Both the position numbers and the translations under genes were made by a program. The notes under the pieces were generated by a model. It searched no databases, was not told the origin of the DNA, and saw only the letters and a program-made list of their open reading frames with translations. Positions 1 through 15,658 of a DNA stretch of 64,000 bases are shown here, in pieces (within the stretch, counting starts at the first letter, position 1; the number at the start of each line of letters is the position of its first letter). The DNA lies in assembly GCA_001643675.2 (NCBI GenBank), contig LSRY02000029.1, positions 620,001 through 684,000 of the forward strand, read 5' to 3'. The DNA is from Monocercomonoides exilis PA203 (Eukaryota > Protista > Preaxostyla).

Positions 1-3000
1 CTTCCTTTTTCTTTTTCATCACATTCCACTTTTATTTCATCTTCTTCACAACTAACTCTGTCTCATTGTTATCTTTCTCTTCAAGATCCTTTATCAGAAT
101 TTGCATTTCTATTCTTATCTGTTGAATCTGGGACCTTGTCCATTGATTCATTTTCGGCTTCATCAATCACTTTGAATGGAAATCCATTGATATCTTTGTC
201 TGGAAGTGGAATAAATACCGAGTTAATGAGCACTAAAAGGTTGAATATGACGAACTGCAATTTCACAGAAATAGAAAGAATAGTTGGAAGTGGGGGCTGC
301 ATCAACATCTACAACATCGTTGATGAAAATTCAAATGCAGAAATAAATATTGAAGAATGTGATTTTGATGGATGCTCAGTGCTGGCTGATGAAAGCAGAG
401 GAGGGGCCATTGATGGTCAGTTGAAAGGGAGCATTCAAATGAATGTTATTTCATGCACCTTCACAGGATGCACAGCACCAGCTGGAGAAGAGAAGAATGG
501 GTTCGGGGGAGGAATTGCGCTGAAGTTAATCGATGGCGATTCTTCGTTTGTGATCTCATCCCCGACCTTTGATACAAGCAAGCCAAATGTTGCGAAATAT
601 GGAAATGATGTGTTTGTTGAATCTTCCAACTTGACGAAGAGCATCACAAACACTTCTCTTCCATTTGTGCTCGAACACCTGGCAGATATTTCATTGAATT
701 CCCTGAGAGGCTTTGATGGAAATGACACAACGAATGCCATTCCGCTGATTTATTTTTGGCTCTCACTTGGCTCAGAGTTATTTGTTGGGGGTGAAGGAAA
801 AGATATTGGCGCTTGCGGATTCTCGGATTATCCTTGTTTGTCAATTGATTATTCATTGGAGAGAATACTTGTAGGAAATGAAAGAAAAATTAACATAAAA
901 AGAAAAGGAATTCTTAAAAAATGTGTTGATCTCAGTGGTATTTCAATAAGCTCAAATAATATAGACATGTGCTCTTTGGAATGCAGCTCTTCGTTTGAAG
1001 GAGCAGAAGAAGCAGCAATGAAGATTTGTGGAATTACCAATTTCGAACTGATAAACTTTGTGATTCCATCTTCATTCACTAGTGGTGTGAATGTTTTGAT
1101 GCATGTTGGATCAAGTGAAGGGATATTGACTGTGAAAGATTGCTCATTCTCAAAAAATGAAGAAAGTGAAGAAGAAACGATTATATTTGGGATTATAAAG
1201 GCAGATGGTGGTACGGTTCAATTGGAATTTGTAACAATGCAATCTTTACACTTTTCAAAGGATGTTATTTCTGTGTTGTCAACAACGGTGCTGAATGTGA
1301 AGAATCTGACGATGAAGAATATTGAGCTTGAAGGAGCAAGTGGATTGAGGATATCAAAGAGATCAGCTGGAGAGAAGAGAGGGAGCAATGAAGGAGAACA
1401 AAACATTAATATTGATTGGAGTTTGTTCGAAGAAGTCACCCAAGACACAACAGAAAACATCTCTATCATTCTCATTTCGAATGATGATTCACCATTGAAA
1501 ATGGTGATTCGGAACACGACGATGAAGAGATGTGGAGGGTTGAAGTGTGGAAAGGGAGGAGGGATGTTTTGCATGCTGAATGAGGGAGGAAGTTTTGTGT
1601 GCTCATTTTGTACGATTTCTGAGTGCTTCTGCTCAATAGCCGGAAGAGGTGGGTGGCTGTATTTGGAATGCACCTCGACAGCCGAGCAGCCGCTGAATTT
1701 TGTGCTGTCGAATATTTCATTCAGAGACAACACTGCATTGAGAGGGAGAGATGTGTATGTTCGATGCCGCTCAATCGAATCGCAAATAGTTGAAGAGCAG
1801 TTCTTGCTAGATTTCAGAGCGCCATTTGTGAAGGAACTGGCAGTATGGGGCTGCACGACAGACTCGTTTGTGGGGGAAGAGGATCTGCTGCTGAGGGTTG
1901 TGAAATACCAGAGCGAGACGATATTTGTGTCTTCTGTTGCAGACAATCACGCAGACAGTAAGCAATGCGGAGAGTTCAGTGCGCCTTGTCGTTCATTGAA
2001 TGCGGGTGTTCAACACATTATTCCTTCACGTTTTTCTCAGCTGTTGGTTTCGGAGGAAACAATCACCAATGGGGAATGTGATGTGCATGATGTGATCATT
2101 CGCTCACTTGAATCTCCCTCAATTGCTTTGTTGTATCTGAACTCAACAATTAATATCAATGAGGGAAATCTTATCACAACATCAGAGAAAGTTCGGATTG
2201 AGAGTGTGAAATTCAACTTTGACCAGTCATTTTCATTTTCAGGCAGTTCTGTCATTCATGAAGCAAGTGGCCAGCTTTCTCTTTCATTTGTTGACTTCTC
2301 TTCGATTGGCCAATCAGAAAACATTGAAGCTGTTTCTATAAACTCAACATTGCTGAGCATCGAAAATGGAATTCTTCATATTGACAATTGCTCAATAACA
2401 ATGCTTTCATTCAAGAAACCTTCATTTTTGCTGAATGGAAATGAGATTAATATCACAAATTTCAAACTGGAACAGATTGAATCAACAAGAAATATTGTTG
2501 AGATTGGGCAATGTGGAAGTGTTGTGCTGAATTGAATTGATGCTGAAGGAGTGAAGTTGTCTGAGGGTTGCATCATTTCGATTGAAAGCTCAACTTCGGG
2601 AAGTGTTTCGGTTGGAAGCTCCTCATTCAAGAACTGCTCGAGGAATTCAAAAGGAGCTTCTGTTCTTTCCGCTTCTTCATCATCTGCTCAAATTGTTCTT
2701 TCTAACTGTTCCTGTTCAAACTGTAATTCTCTGTCAAGCAAAGGAAGTATCGTGAAGATGAACAATGGAAGGAATGTTTTGATGGATTTATGTCGACTTA
2801 TTGGAGTTCTCGCGAATGAAAGGGAAAGGGAAATGGAGGGAAATAATGATTTGAGAGAAACATGCGAATGGAGTGGATCGGTTGTTCATTTTTCAAATAC
2901 TTCATTGGTGATGAAGGATTCTTCAATATTGAATGCTTCGTCAGGTGGATTATCCATTTCCACTGGCAATATGACAATCGAGAAAGGAGAGTTTGAGAAC

Positions 3001-4896
3001 AACAATCCCTTCATAGAAAAATATCCATCAGTGAGAAGAAATATTATTTGCTCAGATTCTGCTTCACTGGCCATTTCCAGCTTGAAAGGGGGAGATGGAT
3101 TGAAAGATAATTCATCTCTTTGGATTCTGAATGATGGATGCACTCTTGGTGGAATTGCAGGAGAAAGGCTATCTCCTTTCTTCATTCCCAAATTGGAAGA
3201 TGTTTCTGTGAGTGAAAATAACAGAAATGTTACTGTGAGGTTCAAAGGAGAACTCTTTTTGCCCTGTGATTTGTCATTCAGATTAATATACAAAACAGGG
3301 AACGTGAAGTTGATCGAGACATATCAGTTTGATGAAAGCAGTTTCATATCTGAAAGCGAAGTGATTGGAAGAATCCTATCAGAAAATGCAAAGATTGCAG
3401 ATGATACAGAGGTTTCGATAATGATTTTGTTTGGAAAGCAACTGGCAGAGACTTCACCGCAGGTACTGAAGAACAAAACAGAACCAATATTCGGAAATGA
3501 TAAAATGACTGAGGTTGGAAACAAGGTAGTTCCTTTTTGGATTATTATTGTTGTTGTTTTCGCAATATTATTCTTGATTGTTCTTGTTGCATCTATTATA
3601 ATGACGATTCGATGGAAAAAGGCAAAGAAAAGGACAGAGGAATTGGAAATAATAGTTGAAGACACAGTAAAGAAGGATCCGAAGGCGTTTGAGATGGTGA
3701 CGATGGAGATGTCACCCGAGGCGCAGTGGAGGAGAGCAGAGAGGGATGCAGAGAAGAAGAATGAAGAGAGGATGAAGAAAAGAATATATGATTCAAATAT
3801 GGAACATTCTGAGTCATCAGAGCACCTTCTGTCTGAAAGCGGCTCCACAGAATACATTCTGGGGAAAGATTCAGACAAGATCCCTGATTGGGCACTGGAG
3901 AAAGATGAAGAAGAGGAAATTAGAAAACAGACTCCATCGTTATCGATTTCATCCACTTCAACAACAGACACTTCAGATACAGATTCAACTTTTGTTCGAG
4001 GGGAAGATATATGCCCAACCACTTCATCGATGTCGAATCTGGTGGATGCGATGGCCTGCTCATCTCCACATGAGAAACTGATTGTGGATCTGCGAGATTC
4101 ATTATTCATGCTTCTTCATGGAAAGAACGAGAAGAAAGAAATGGCTATTGGGAGTTTGAAGGAAAGGGAGCAAACAGCTGCTCAAATCCTGTTCTGGGTG
4201 GCCAATCTCGCGCTCCACTCATTTGATGAAATGGAAAATGGATTATCTTCTCTTGCCAATCTCAGTCCCCACCTTGTGTTATTCTCAGAGCACATGGTGA
4301 TCTGCATTGTGATGCACTCTGACTTATTGTCAGATGATGATTCAGACTCGTCTTCCATATCTTCGTCAACAGTTGCAACGTCTGCCAGTGATGATGATGA
4401 TGATTCTCTGCCCTCATCGGCTTTTGAGGATGAGGATGCCTTCAAGAAAGAGTGTCTGCGATGGAAGGCGCCAGAGCTGCTGATGAACAAGAACATGGGA
4501 GCAACGAAGCAGTCAGTGGCATTCTCAATTGGGATGATGCTGTGGGAGTGTTTGACACTTCAGATCCCATTTGAAGAATATGAGGCAGCAATAGCAGGAG
4601 ACAAGATAACAAAAGGAGAAAGGCCGAAACTGGAAAAGATATTGAAATCAAAGATGTTTGAGGTGATTCAATGTAATCTTTCAGCAAAGCCAGATGGTCG
4701 ATTTTCTCTAACTGAATAGGAAAAAATATTTTTTGAGTATTTTCCAGCGGGAACGATGATGGTTACTTTGTCAGATGCAATTGATCTTGAGGAGTCAAGT
4801 GGAAATGACAATCAAGATAAAAAAAACATATCTGAAACAACAAATTATTCAAACTTGGCGAAAAATTCAAGATTGAGTCAATCAGAGAAGCAATAG
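1..4896 (+). pseudogene. Receptor-like gene (Cys-rich right-handed beta-helix/pectin-lyase-like ectodomain, single TM, degenerate TKL-type kinase domain), 5'-truncated by the window, with in-frame stops at 2533-2535 (TGA) and 4717-4719 (TAG); probable pseudogene
   Basis: One frame runs from base 1 through ORFs 136-2535 and 2551-4719 and, past the TAG, on to TAG 4894-4896 (EKIFFEYFPAGTMMVTLSDAID...). Repeated GGAI/GGG, CG..xYPC.S and N.A..G.D motifs; TM segment FWIIIVVVFAILFLIVLVASIIM; kinase C-lobe remnants RWKAPELL and AFSIGMMLWECLTLQIPF with no HRD or DFG. Confidence 0.75.
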
Positions 4897-5747
4897 AATA
4901 TCTCTTTCTTTATGAATACTGTTTAAAATGCAATTAACTGTTTGACAATTTGAAGACTTTTTCTTTTTGCAATTGTACTGTTTTCGATTTATTTACAGTT
5001 AAATTTTTTGAACATCCAAACAGATATACTCAACAATTTGTTCATGATAAGTGACATATTTCATCACAAAGAGAGCTCTGCAAAATATGATTTTTTCAAG
5101 GTTTTTTTAAAATTTTATTTTATTTTTTCATGTATGCATATATGTATTTGTATGTTTTCATTTTGATTTATTCACTTTTTTGTTATTTGAATAAATCTTG
5201 AAATTTTTGTGAAATAATTAAAGCAAATGATTTTTAAGCCTTTTGAAAGAAAGCTTTCATTGGACGTTCAAACAACTATGTTTTAATATTTAACTTTTCA
5301 GTGAATTTTATATTTTGGTTTTTTTGTGTGATTTTGATAGAAATGAATAAATTAAAATTTGTTGAAAGCCTGCAATTAATTGTACAATAAGAATTTTTTA
5401 ATGTGAAATTTCATTCAAAATTCAAAAAATTAACTTAAAAAGATATCAACAAATAATACGATTCTATCAAATTTAAAAAACACAGAAAGAAAACTAAAAA
5501 ATATTTCCTCGATTCATCACCAATTGAACAATGGTATAAAATAGATGAATAATAAAAATGCATAAAACAAATAACACATGCAAAATGAAAAGTCAAGAAA
5601 AGCTGAAACAATGGAAATATTCAAAGAATTAGCAATCACCAAAAACATTTTAAGAATACCATTTATAAAAATAACTTCATAAATTATTTGCGTTGATAGC
5701 TATAAAGTGTGAAAACTCATTAACTTTGTTGCAACAAAAATTAAAAA

Positions 5748-7090
5748 TTAATTTTCACAGTCATTCTCTTCCAAAAGCCCGCTCTCTTCCAATAGTCCTT
5801 CGTCTTCATCGCCATCCTGGTTTTTGCTTGTTCCATCGACTGCACCATTCGCCTCTTGAATAGCTACATCTATGTTCAGATCGTCTCCAATTGCATACAT
5901 CATCTCTCGCTCGTTCAGTGAGTGCATTCTTGCACTATCTCTTTCTTCTTCTCCCTCTATTTTCCTCTCAATTTCGCCTTCTTCTTCTCCTTCATTGCCT
6001 TTTTGAAATAATCTCTCATCATCCTCCTCAAATCTGTCGTCATTTGTTTGCATCATTCGCATCGGGCTTTGCTTGTTTATTTCTCTTTCTCTTTCATCGT
6101 TCTCTTCTTCATCTGAATCAGCTGTGCTATCCAGTTCATCATCACCTGCAATTGCTGGCCTCATTCGTTTCAAAGTCGTTTGAAGGGATGAAAGTAACAG
6201 TGAAGAATGAACGGTTGATTTCTTTTCTATTTCATCCGCTGATTTGAGTGGTGTTCCGCCAGGAGAACTTTAAAAATAAAGGATGCATTTGAGGAGCACA
6301 AAAGATTCGTTTTTATCATTCATGCAAAAAAAAATACAATTTAAATTATGTGAAAACAATTTTTCATAAATCTTTCTTGTAAAATGAAAAGGAGTTCAAA
6401 CCGTTTAATTGTTGTTGATCTTAGCTTATGCGATCCAGCAATAAGATCTTGCATTCTTATAGGCGGAGTGTTCAACGAAGTTTTATTAACCTTATTTGGA
6501 TTTGTCGGTGTAATGATTGCGTTCGAAACACGTTTTGACTTTAACAAAAATAATGAACTGCTAAAAATAACTTTAAAAAATTCAAACATTCTCTTTCTGT
6601 TGTTGTGATAATGTTAATAAAGGTGGTGTTGAATCCAATTGGGGTTGAACCGTTTGAGGAAGTGGTGGGGCTTGAGGAATAGTTGAAGTTTGAATTGCTG
6701 TTGCTTCTTGCCGAAGCGGGAAAGGAGATGTTTGAACAGATGTTTCGACCATTCCATTTTCTGGCTTATCCTTTAAAGAAGTTTCTTTTTCCTTTTGAAC
6801 GTCAGCAAGGAGCTTTCGCAATTTTGCTATTTCATCTTCCTTTTCTTTCAATAAAGAAGCAGGATCTTGAATTTGTGCTGCTCCTTGCGCATCCGAAAAA
6901 GCACAAGTTTCTTGATTTGAAGTTTTACTTGATGGTACTGTTTCATTCTTTTTCAGCTGTTTATTATTCAAAAATCATCAATAAAATCAAATACAAAATA
7001 AACGATTAAATTTATATAAAGTGATGGAGAAATGTGTATATAAAAGCTAATATTATCAAAATTTTGATATATAAACTCGCATACCGGCAT
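5748..7090 (-). CDS. Four-exon protein: coiled coil, Pro-rich segment, WH2-like helix plus RSPGGTP, amphipathic helix and acidic tail (MTFR1/PRR11-like, VCA-like)
   Basis: Exons 7090-7085, 6956-6588, 6538-6402 and 6267-5748 join through GT-AG introns in consistent phase: MPLKKNE...EKEDEIAKLRKLL...PQAPPLP...MQDLIAGSHKLRSTTIKRSPGGTPLK...SSLQTTLKRMRPAIAGDDELDS... Confidence 0.75.
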
Positions 7091-7245
7091 GATAAACGAA
7101 ATATTTTTGAAGTTTTTGACCCTTTATTATCAATTTTTGTTGTTCTGTATTTATTTCAAGTTGCTAGTTATTCTTTAAAACGTTTGAAATAGTTACTAAT
7201 TTGTTTTTTCATATAATATTTTTCGTTTTTTTGTTTGTTTTCATC

Positions 7246-7891
7246 ATGGGCAAGTGTTTATTATTAATTGAGACATTTCTCTTTTATTCGAATGATAAAA
7301 GCAAAAGCTATGTTAGACAATCCTGAAAATTCAGTTCCATTGAATGTTGAAAAAGCATTTAATGAAATCAAGCGCATGCTTAAAAAAAAGGAGAATCCGA
7401 GAGAAAGAATCCAAGAGAATATTGAATTTTCAAATCCAGATGTATGTTTGTTGTGAAGGATAGTTAAAGCATTTGTTTCTTTTAAAACCCTTTGTGTTAA
7501 TTTGTTTCCACTTTTATAAAGTTTTTGAATGACTTCATTATAGAACTTGGAATTGATGAACATGGTTCATTTGTTTCCCTTTCTGACTATGCTCCGCAAG
7601 ACCACATTTCAGAAGACAACTTTTTAGCATTACGTGAAGAGCAAAAGAAGATCATGGAAGAAAATGCAGCGATAAGACAAAAGCAATTTGAGGAAGGAAG
7701 AAGAGATTTAACATTTCAGCTATCCTCGAATCAAGTATGTATTTCTTTTTATGAAAAAGGATTAAATTTTTATCTCTCGGCTGCATGATTTTCTGTTCGT
7801 TATTTTTTATAAGAGAGATGATTCATGATAAGGTGCATTTTTTCCTTCAAAGAATATCACCTCTTGTATATCTTCAAAGGAATATCTATGA
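7246..7891 (+). CDS. SAP30BP: SAP30-binding protein / HCNGP-family protein; last exon uncertain
   Basis: Exons 7246-7255, 7308-7441 and 7522-7734 give IQENIEFSNPDFLNDFIIELGIDEHGSFV...SEDNFLALREEQKKIME, resembling the HCNGP core (KEFRNP...IDELGTN...EDSYYEAL..QK.EM). Confidence 0.7.
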
Positions 7892-8671
7892 AGATGTCGT
7901 TTGAAGCACAAAAGCAAAGGAAATGAAGCTGTTTTCAATATTTCATAGTGAAGCGTTGCTTGTATTCAAAAGAATGAATTTTTTAAAACAAAACGAGCAA
8001 TTTATAATGAAAATTTAAATCACTCGAAAATATTCCTGAATATTCTTCAATTGATTGATCAATCACCATGATTCAAAACATTTTGTGATACATTTTTCAA
8101 TAACATTTTTATCCAAAGAACATTTCGACTTGTTTCATAGCTATTTTTTATTCGGATTTAAAAATGAATGAACGATTTCAAAGAAGGTTGTATTATTTTC
8201 GAACTTTCAGTCATTTGTTGCACCAATACAAGAAAATGTGTTGCGGCTGATGTTATAGTTTTCATGAGAATAACAAGTTTAAATATCCATAAATCTCACA
8301 AAGTGTTTTCAAATATTCTTTTCTCGCATTGTAATTTGTTCGATTGTTTTGAAATTCGTCTTTCTTTCTTTTTTTAACTTTTTGAATGAAGCTCTGAGCC
8401 CTCCTCCTTTGCACTAACAAAATGAATGTTCTATATGACTGATTTAGGAAGAAAAATAAGCGACAAACTTGTAAGTATTATTAATGCTCTCACATGCGTG
8501 AGAAGAAAATTAGATTTGCAGGGTGAAAAAAAAAAAACAAACAAAACATCAAGCTAGAAACAGCAACCTTAAAAATAAAAATAAAATATTGTAAAAATGT
8601 AAATTCGATTGTCATTTCTCTCTTGATCACTCTTTGATGTGGCGGTGACTCCGATAATTGGAGCAACTCAA

Positions 8672-10030
8672 TTACTGATCCTTTCCAAGAAGCGGCAATC
8701 TTTCGATGTTCTCTGGCTCCATCGAGGTGTCTGACCTCTCGTCAGTCTCGGTTGGCTCGGAGTAATCAAACCAGCATTTCATTTTTATAACACTGTTGTA
8801 GACAAGCATTGACAGCACAAGAACAGCAAAGCCGCCTGCTTGCATGTATGACCAGTTGGTCCATTTTTCTCCATATTCCGGATTGCCCGAATAGTAAATA
8901 ATCAGCTGGGTAATCCAAATGAACAGTGTACGGAGAGCTTCAAAGATGGTTCTATGAACAGCTGTCAGCTCAGATGTAACAATCATCCCTCCGTAGTTCA
9001 GAAGAAGAATGGAGATCCAATACATCCCGCTGAACGCCAACAGTTTCCCACTTGTGCACACTCGGTAAAATGTATCATGTGTGTTCTCGTATCTTCCGTT
9101 GTCTTTGCCAGGAATGAAGTGGAAAATTGGAATGAAGCAGAAAATGCTCAGTAGCATGCCCCAGAATCCTTCCATACCAACAACGACCAAAGGTGGTTGG
9201 GAAAGATCAGATAAAAGCAATTCTTCAACCACAATCTGAATCGCCTGAATCACTTGTGAGCCGATAACAAACATGCATCCCATGAATTGATATCCCCATC
9301 CTTTATATTCCGAATCTTCGTCATCTTCTCCTCCGATGATTGATGCAATTCCTACTAGAACGAGTGCAGTGCAGCAAAGAGCAACACCAATCCACTCGAA
9401 AGGTCTCAATTTTCTATGCCTGAAGAAGACAGTTAAGATGGCACTAAAAATAACCATGCTTCCTCGAAGCATTTGCATCACGGACACCTTGATAAAAATT
9501 AACCCTGTTGTCATCAATGTTGTAGCCAAAAGATCACATAATGCTGGAAGCGCAATCATTATTAAACCCTAAAAAAATATTTGAAAAGAAGATTAGAGAA
9601 AAATGTCAAAAAGGTGCAAAGGATACAGTAATGTTGCTTTTTCCCTTGGAAGAACTCGATGGGTGTTGAAGGTCATTTTGACTGTTGACAGAATAATCGC
9701 CTGGTTGCTTTTCACGTTTTGTTGGCATAAGAAGTTCAGATATTTGATACCACGGATAGCACATGGACATGGCGAAGAACATGAGAATAGATTGGTATAT
9801 TGCTTTGCTAAATTTTTTCACTTGGCCATCCATTCCAGGAGTTTTTGTATTGAGCAGCAGTTTTGCTGCAACCATCGTCCCTGTTCCAAATATCATCATC
9901 AGGGCAACTCCAACAATAGCCTAAATATGCATAATATATAGATGCATAAATACGTTTCCAAATAAATGTTAATATATACCTTTGCAGTGAATTTTTTTTG
10001 CACCATTTTCAGTTGATCCACACCCATCAT
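8672..10030 (-). CDS. SLC35F6: SLC35F6-like nucleotide-sugar/DMT-superfamily transporter, 3 exons
   Basis: Motifs PALCDL, QMLRGSMVIFSA, QIVVEE, VGMEGFWG and RTIFEALRTLFIW; introns 9979-9921 and 9626-9569; C-terminal dileucine signal ERLPLL; start may instead be at 10006. Confidence 0.85.
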
Positions 10031-10136
10031 GAACTGTTAAAAATCTTTCAAAAACACAAAAAAATTCTGTGAAATGTTATTAATTTAAATTAAACGATTT
10101 ATTCATTCAAATGACTTTCGCCAATGAAAGATGTTT

Positions 10137-12779
10137 TTATTTCTTTCTCAATACTTTTCCCTTCTTTTCTTTTAATTTACTATGCTTTTCCTCCTTTTCT
10201 TTTTCAATATGTTCCTTCATGGAACTAACAGATGTTCGTAATGCATCTTGTTCTAAAGTCCCTTCCTCTTCTCCTTCTCCTCCTTCACCTTCACCTTCGC
10301 CAGCTGTCTGTTCTAATTCTTCTGCATCAGCCACTGCATCAAGTGGATCAACATCAGAAATTCCACGTGCTGCTCGTAATTCGATAGAAAATGCATTGGA
10401 AAACAGATCCTCTTCTGCCATTGCTTGTTGATCAGCCATCTGAAATAGAAAAAGGAAAAGAAAAAGGAGGAGGAAGAGGAGGAAGATGAAGAAGAAAGAA
10501 GAAGAAACATAAAGTATAATAATCAAAATTCAATGATTGATTGAGATAAAGCATTTCATTTGAAGAAAAGAATGAATAATGCAATTCATAATGATACAAC
10601 AGGGGGAAAAATATAAATGAAAAAATAAAGAAATAAAAAATAAAAAATAAAAAATAAAAAATAAAAATCACATGCAGTTCAAAAATAACAGATAATAGAC
10701 AATAGATAGCAGGGGAAAAAAAAGTAATTAAAAATTTATATATAAATATATAAGTATGCATATTCATATATTCATATATTCATATATATAATCCAGCCAG
10801 CACACCAACTGCAGCACAGCCGGCAGCCATCTCCCTCTCTCCTTCTTTGCTCTGATGTCTTCTCTCTGCAACTCACTTCGGCTGAGCTGCTCGTGTGCTC
10901 GTTGGGCGTCGGCGGCTTTGCGGGCTTCGAGACGCTCTTGTGCTTTCTGCTGGGCTTGGCGCATGAGATCTGAGAGAGAGAGAGAGAGAAGAGAGGAGAA
11001 GAGAAGAGAAGAGAAGAGAGGAGAGGAGAGGAGAGGAGAGAGGGAATGAAAAAAAGAAAAGAGAGTGTTTTTATTGCAGTTAAAAAGAAGATTATTATAA
11101 TAATAATAATTTTGCCATTAAAAAAGAAAGAAAATTAGCTTTAAAAGACAAACCAGCAGCCAAAGAGCGAGCGGTTTTCTTCTTCTCGATCTTTTCTGTG
11201 ACTGAATTTTGCAGCCACGGCAGAAAAGTTGACTCAATTTGATGTTTTGTTACAGTTGTGAATGGAATGGTTGAAGTGGAAGAGGAAGAGGAGAAAGAGG
11301 AAGAAGATGAAGCTGAAGAAGAGGAGGAAGAAGAAGAAGAAGAAGCAATTTGTGTCGCATGCTGATGAAACTTCTTCTGTGCAGCGATTCGAAGTGAGAG
11401 CATCTGCAATTGAAAATTTTATAAAATAAAATAAAATAAATAGAAAATATAGATTAATCCACGATACGCAGAGGAAAATTATGCAATGCAATAATCTCTC
11501 TGAAATAAAAAAAGCATTCAACGATTCAACACTCACTCTTTCTCTTGCTTTCTTAATTATTGTCTCCTCTTTTTTTTCTCTTTCTATCAATCAAACTGAT
11601 ATTCTTGCTTTGTGTTGCGACTGAATTCTCTTCTGAAGAACTGCTGAATGAAGCATTTCAGCCTCTCTTTGCCTCTCTCTCCGCTCAAATTCCTGTTCCC
11701 TGCGCTGTGCTGAGTCTTCCCACCTCTGATTCTCAACAAGCTCTGCATTCCGAAGATGCTCATAGTTGTCCTAAATAATAATAATAGTTAAAATTATGAT
11801 TAATAATTATAATTTTTGAATTTTTGTGTGAAGAAATTCAGAAAAGAAGAATATGATTGTCGTAAATAATTCCATAAAATAAATGGAAAAAAAAATTATT
11901 GGAAGTAAAACCCTTCTTTCTCTCAATCTAGCCAGCTGAATGTCTTCTTCAAGTTCCAAATCAGCTTGCTGCAATGCTCTTCCAACCAAAATCTCTATAA
12001 ATGGAACGACTTCGTAATCAAAATCAAATAGTTCCTTGTCGTCCGTTTGTGTTGATTCATCTTGCCCGTATGGTGGAGGAATATATTCAGGAGTTGGAGG
12101 TCGCTCTATTGGTGTAGGGGTTAGTTCGTCTCCTGGAATGATTTCATAAACATCATCTTCAAGTTCATTGTTGTTGGTCTCCATCTCGCGTGAAGATGAT
12201 AATGAAGAAGAAACGGATTGTCTCACCCCGTTTTGTTCAACTTTTTGCGTAAGAGAAGCTTATTATGCAGTTAATGAAATTTACAAATGTTTCATTTAAT
12301 CAAAATAAAAATTTAAAAAAAAATATTACTAACATTTTCCGGTTGTTGAAGGCGAGCCTCTTGAACGAACATTGAGATTTGACTTTGGTTTCGTTGTTGA
12401 AGCCACTTTGCTACTGCGTGTCGCAAGAAATGAAGGTTGTTGCTTTCGTTCTGGTGCTTGGTGAACGAAAGATTTTTCGTGCAATTCTACGGGCTGAAAT
12501 TTTGCAAAATATTTTGAAAAATAATCAATTCTTTAAAATCATATTTTCCATACTCTTGAATAAGTGTTTCCTCGATAGATACGAGGATCACTCATCATAT
12601 TTTTTGGTTTTCTGGAATTTGAAAATTTTTAGTGTTTGTCGAAAAGAAAAAATATAACAGTAATAAAATATTCTTGAAAATAAATTACAATGATTATACT
12701 CATCGGGATTACGATAAGGAGCGAATCCTCCCACGGACCGCTTTGAACCTGAGGGTATTTGATTGCTCATTGAGCCCAT
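10137..12779 (-). CDS. RSPH3: Radial spoke protein 3-like (multi-exon)
   Basis: ERPPTPEYIPPPYGQDESTQTDDKELFDFDYEVVPFIEILVGRALQQADLELEED is the RSP3 signature region, followed by coiled-coil exons and FLPWL; outer exon boundaries approximate. Confidence 0.8.
10972..11044. repeat. GA/GAGAA microsatellite forming an extended polypyrimidine tract before an RSP3 intron acceptor (minus strand)
   Basis: Pure purine run on the + strand directly adjacent to the CT (AG on minus) acceptor at 10970-10971. Confidence 0.85.
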
Positions 12780-13123
12780 ATTTAAATTTTTCCTCGAAAT
12801 GAAACATCTTTGTTCAAAAACATTGCACTATTGTGACAAGTTACTTATCCGATATTTGTGATCTGTTCTAAATGGTAAAGTGAATATGAAAAATGAATGG
12901 ATTGATCTATCCATTATTAAAGTGTTGATTATTGAGTAAATTCTTTTGATGGAACCAGCGAAAAACACGTTTGTCATTTTTCTTTTTTTGAAATGCTTAA
13001 TAGCATTCTTATGTATTTGTTATTGACAAATGTTATGATCTGCGAAACTCTTCTTTTTGAAATAAATTTTTCTCCGTCTTGTCAATCCCCTTCGTTTGTC
13101 CATTTTGAAATGCTTGAATTTGT

Positions 13124-15658
<2,535 letters not shown>

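Noticed and set aside
2533-4719. Stop-codon reassignment as the explanation for the in-frame stops
   Set aside because: TAA (Cdc48, PSMA1), TGA (CLN3) and TAG (YhhN, UBL protein) all end genes here, and the multi-kb ORFs contain no internal stops
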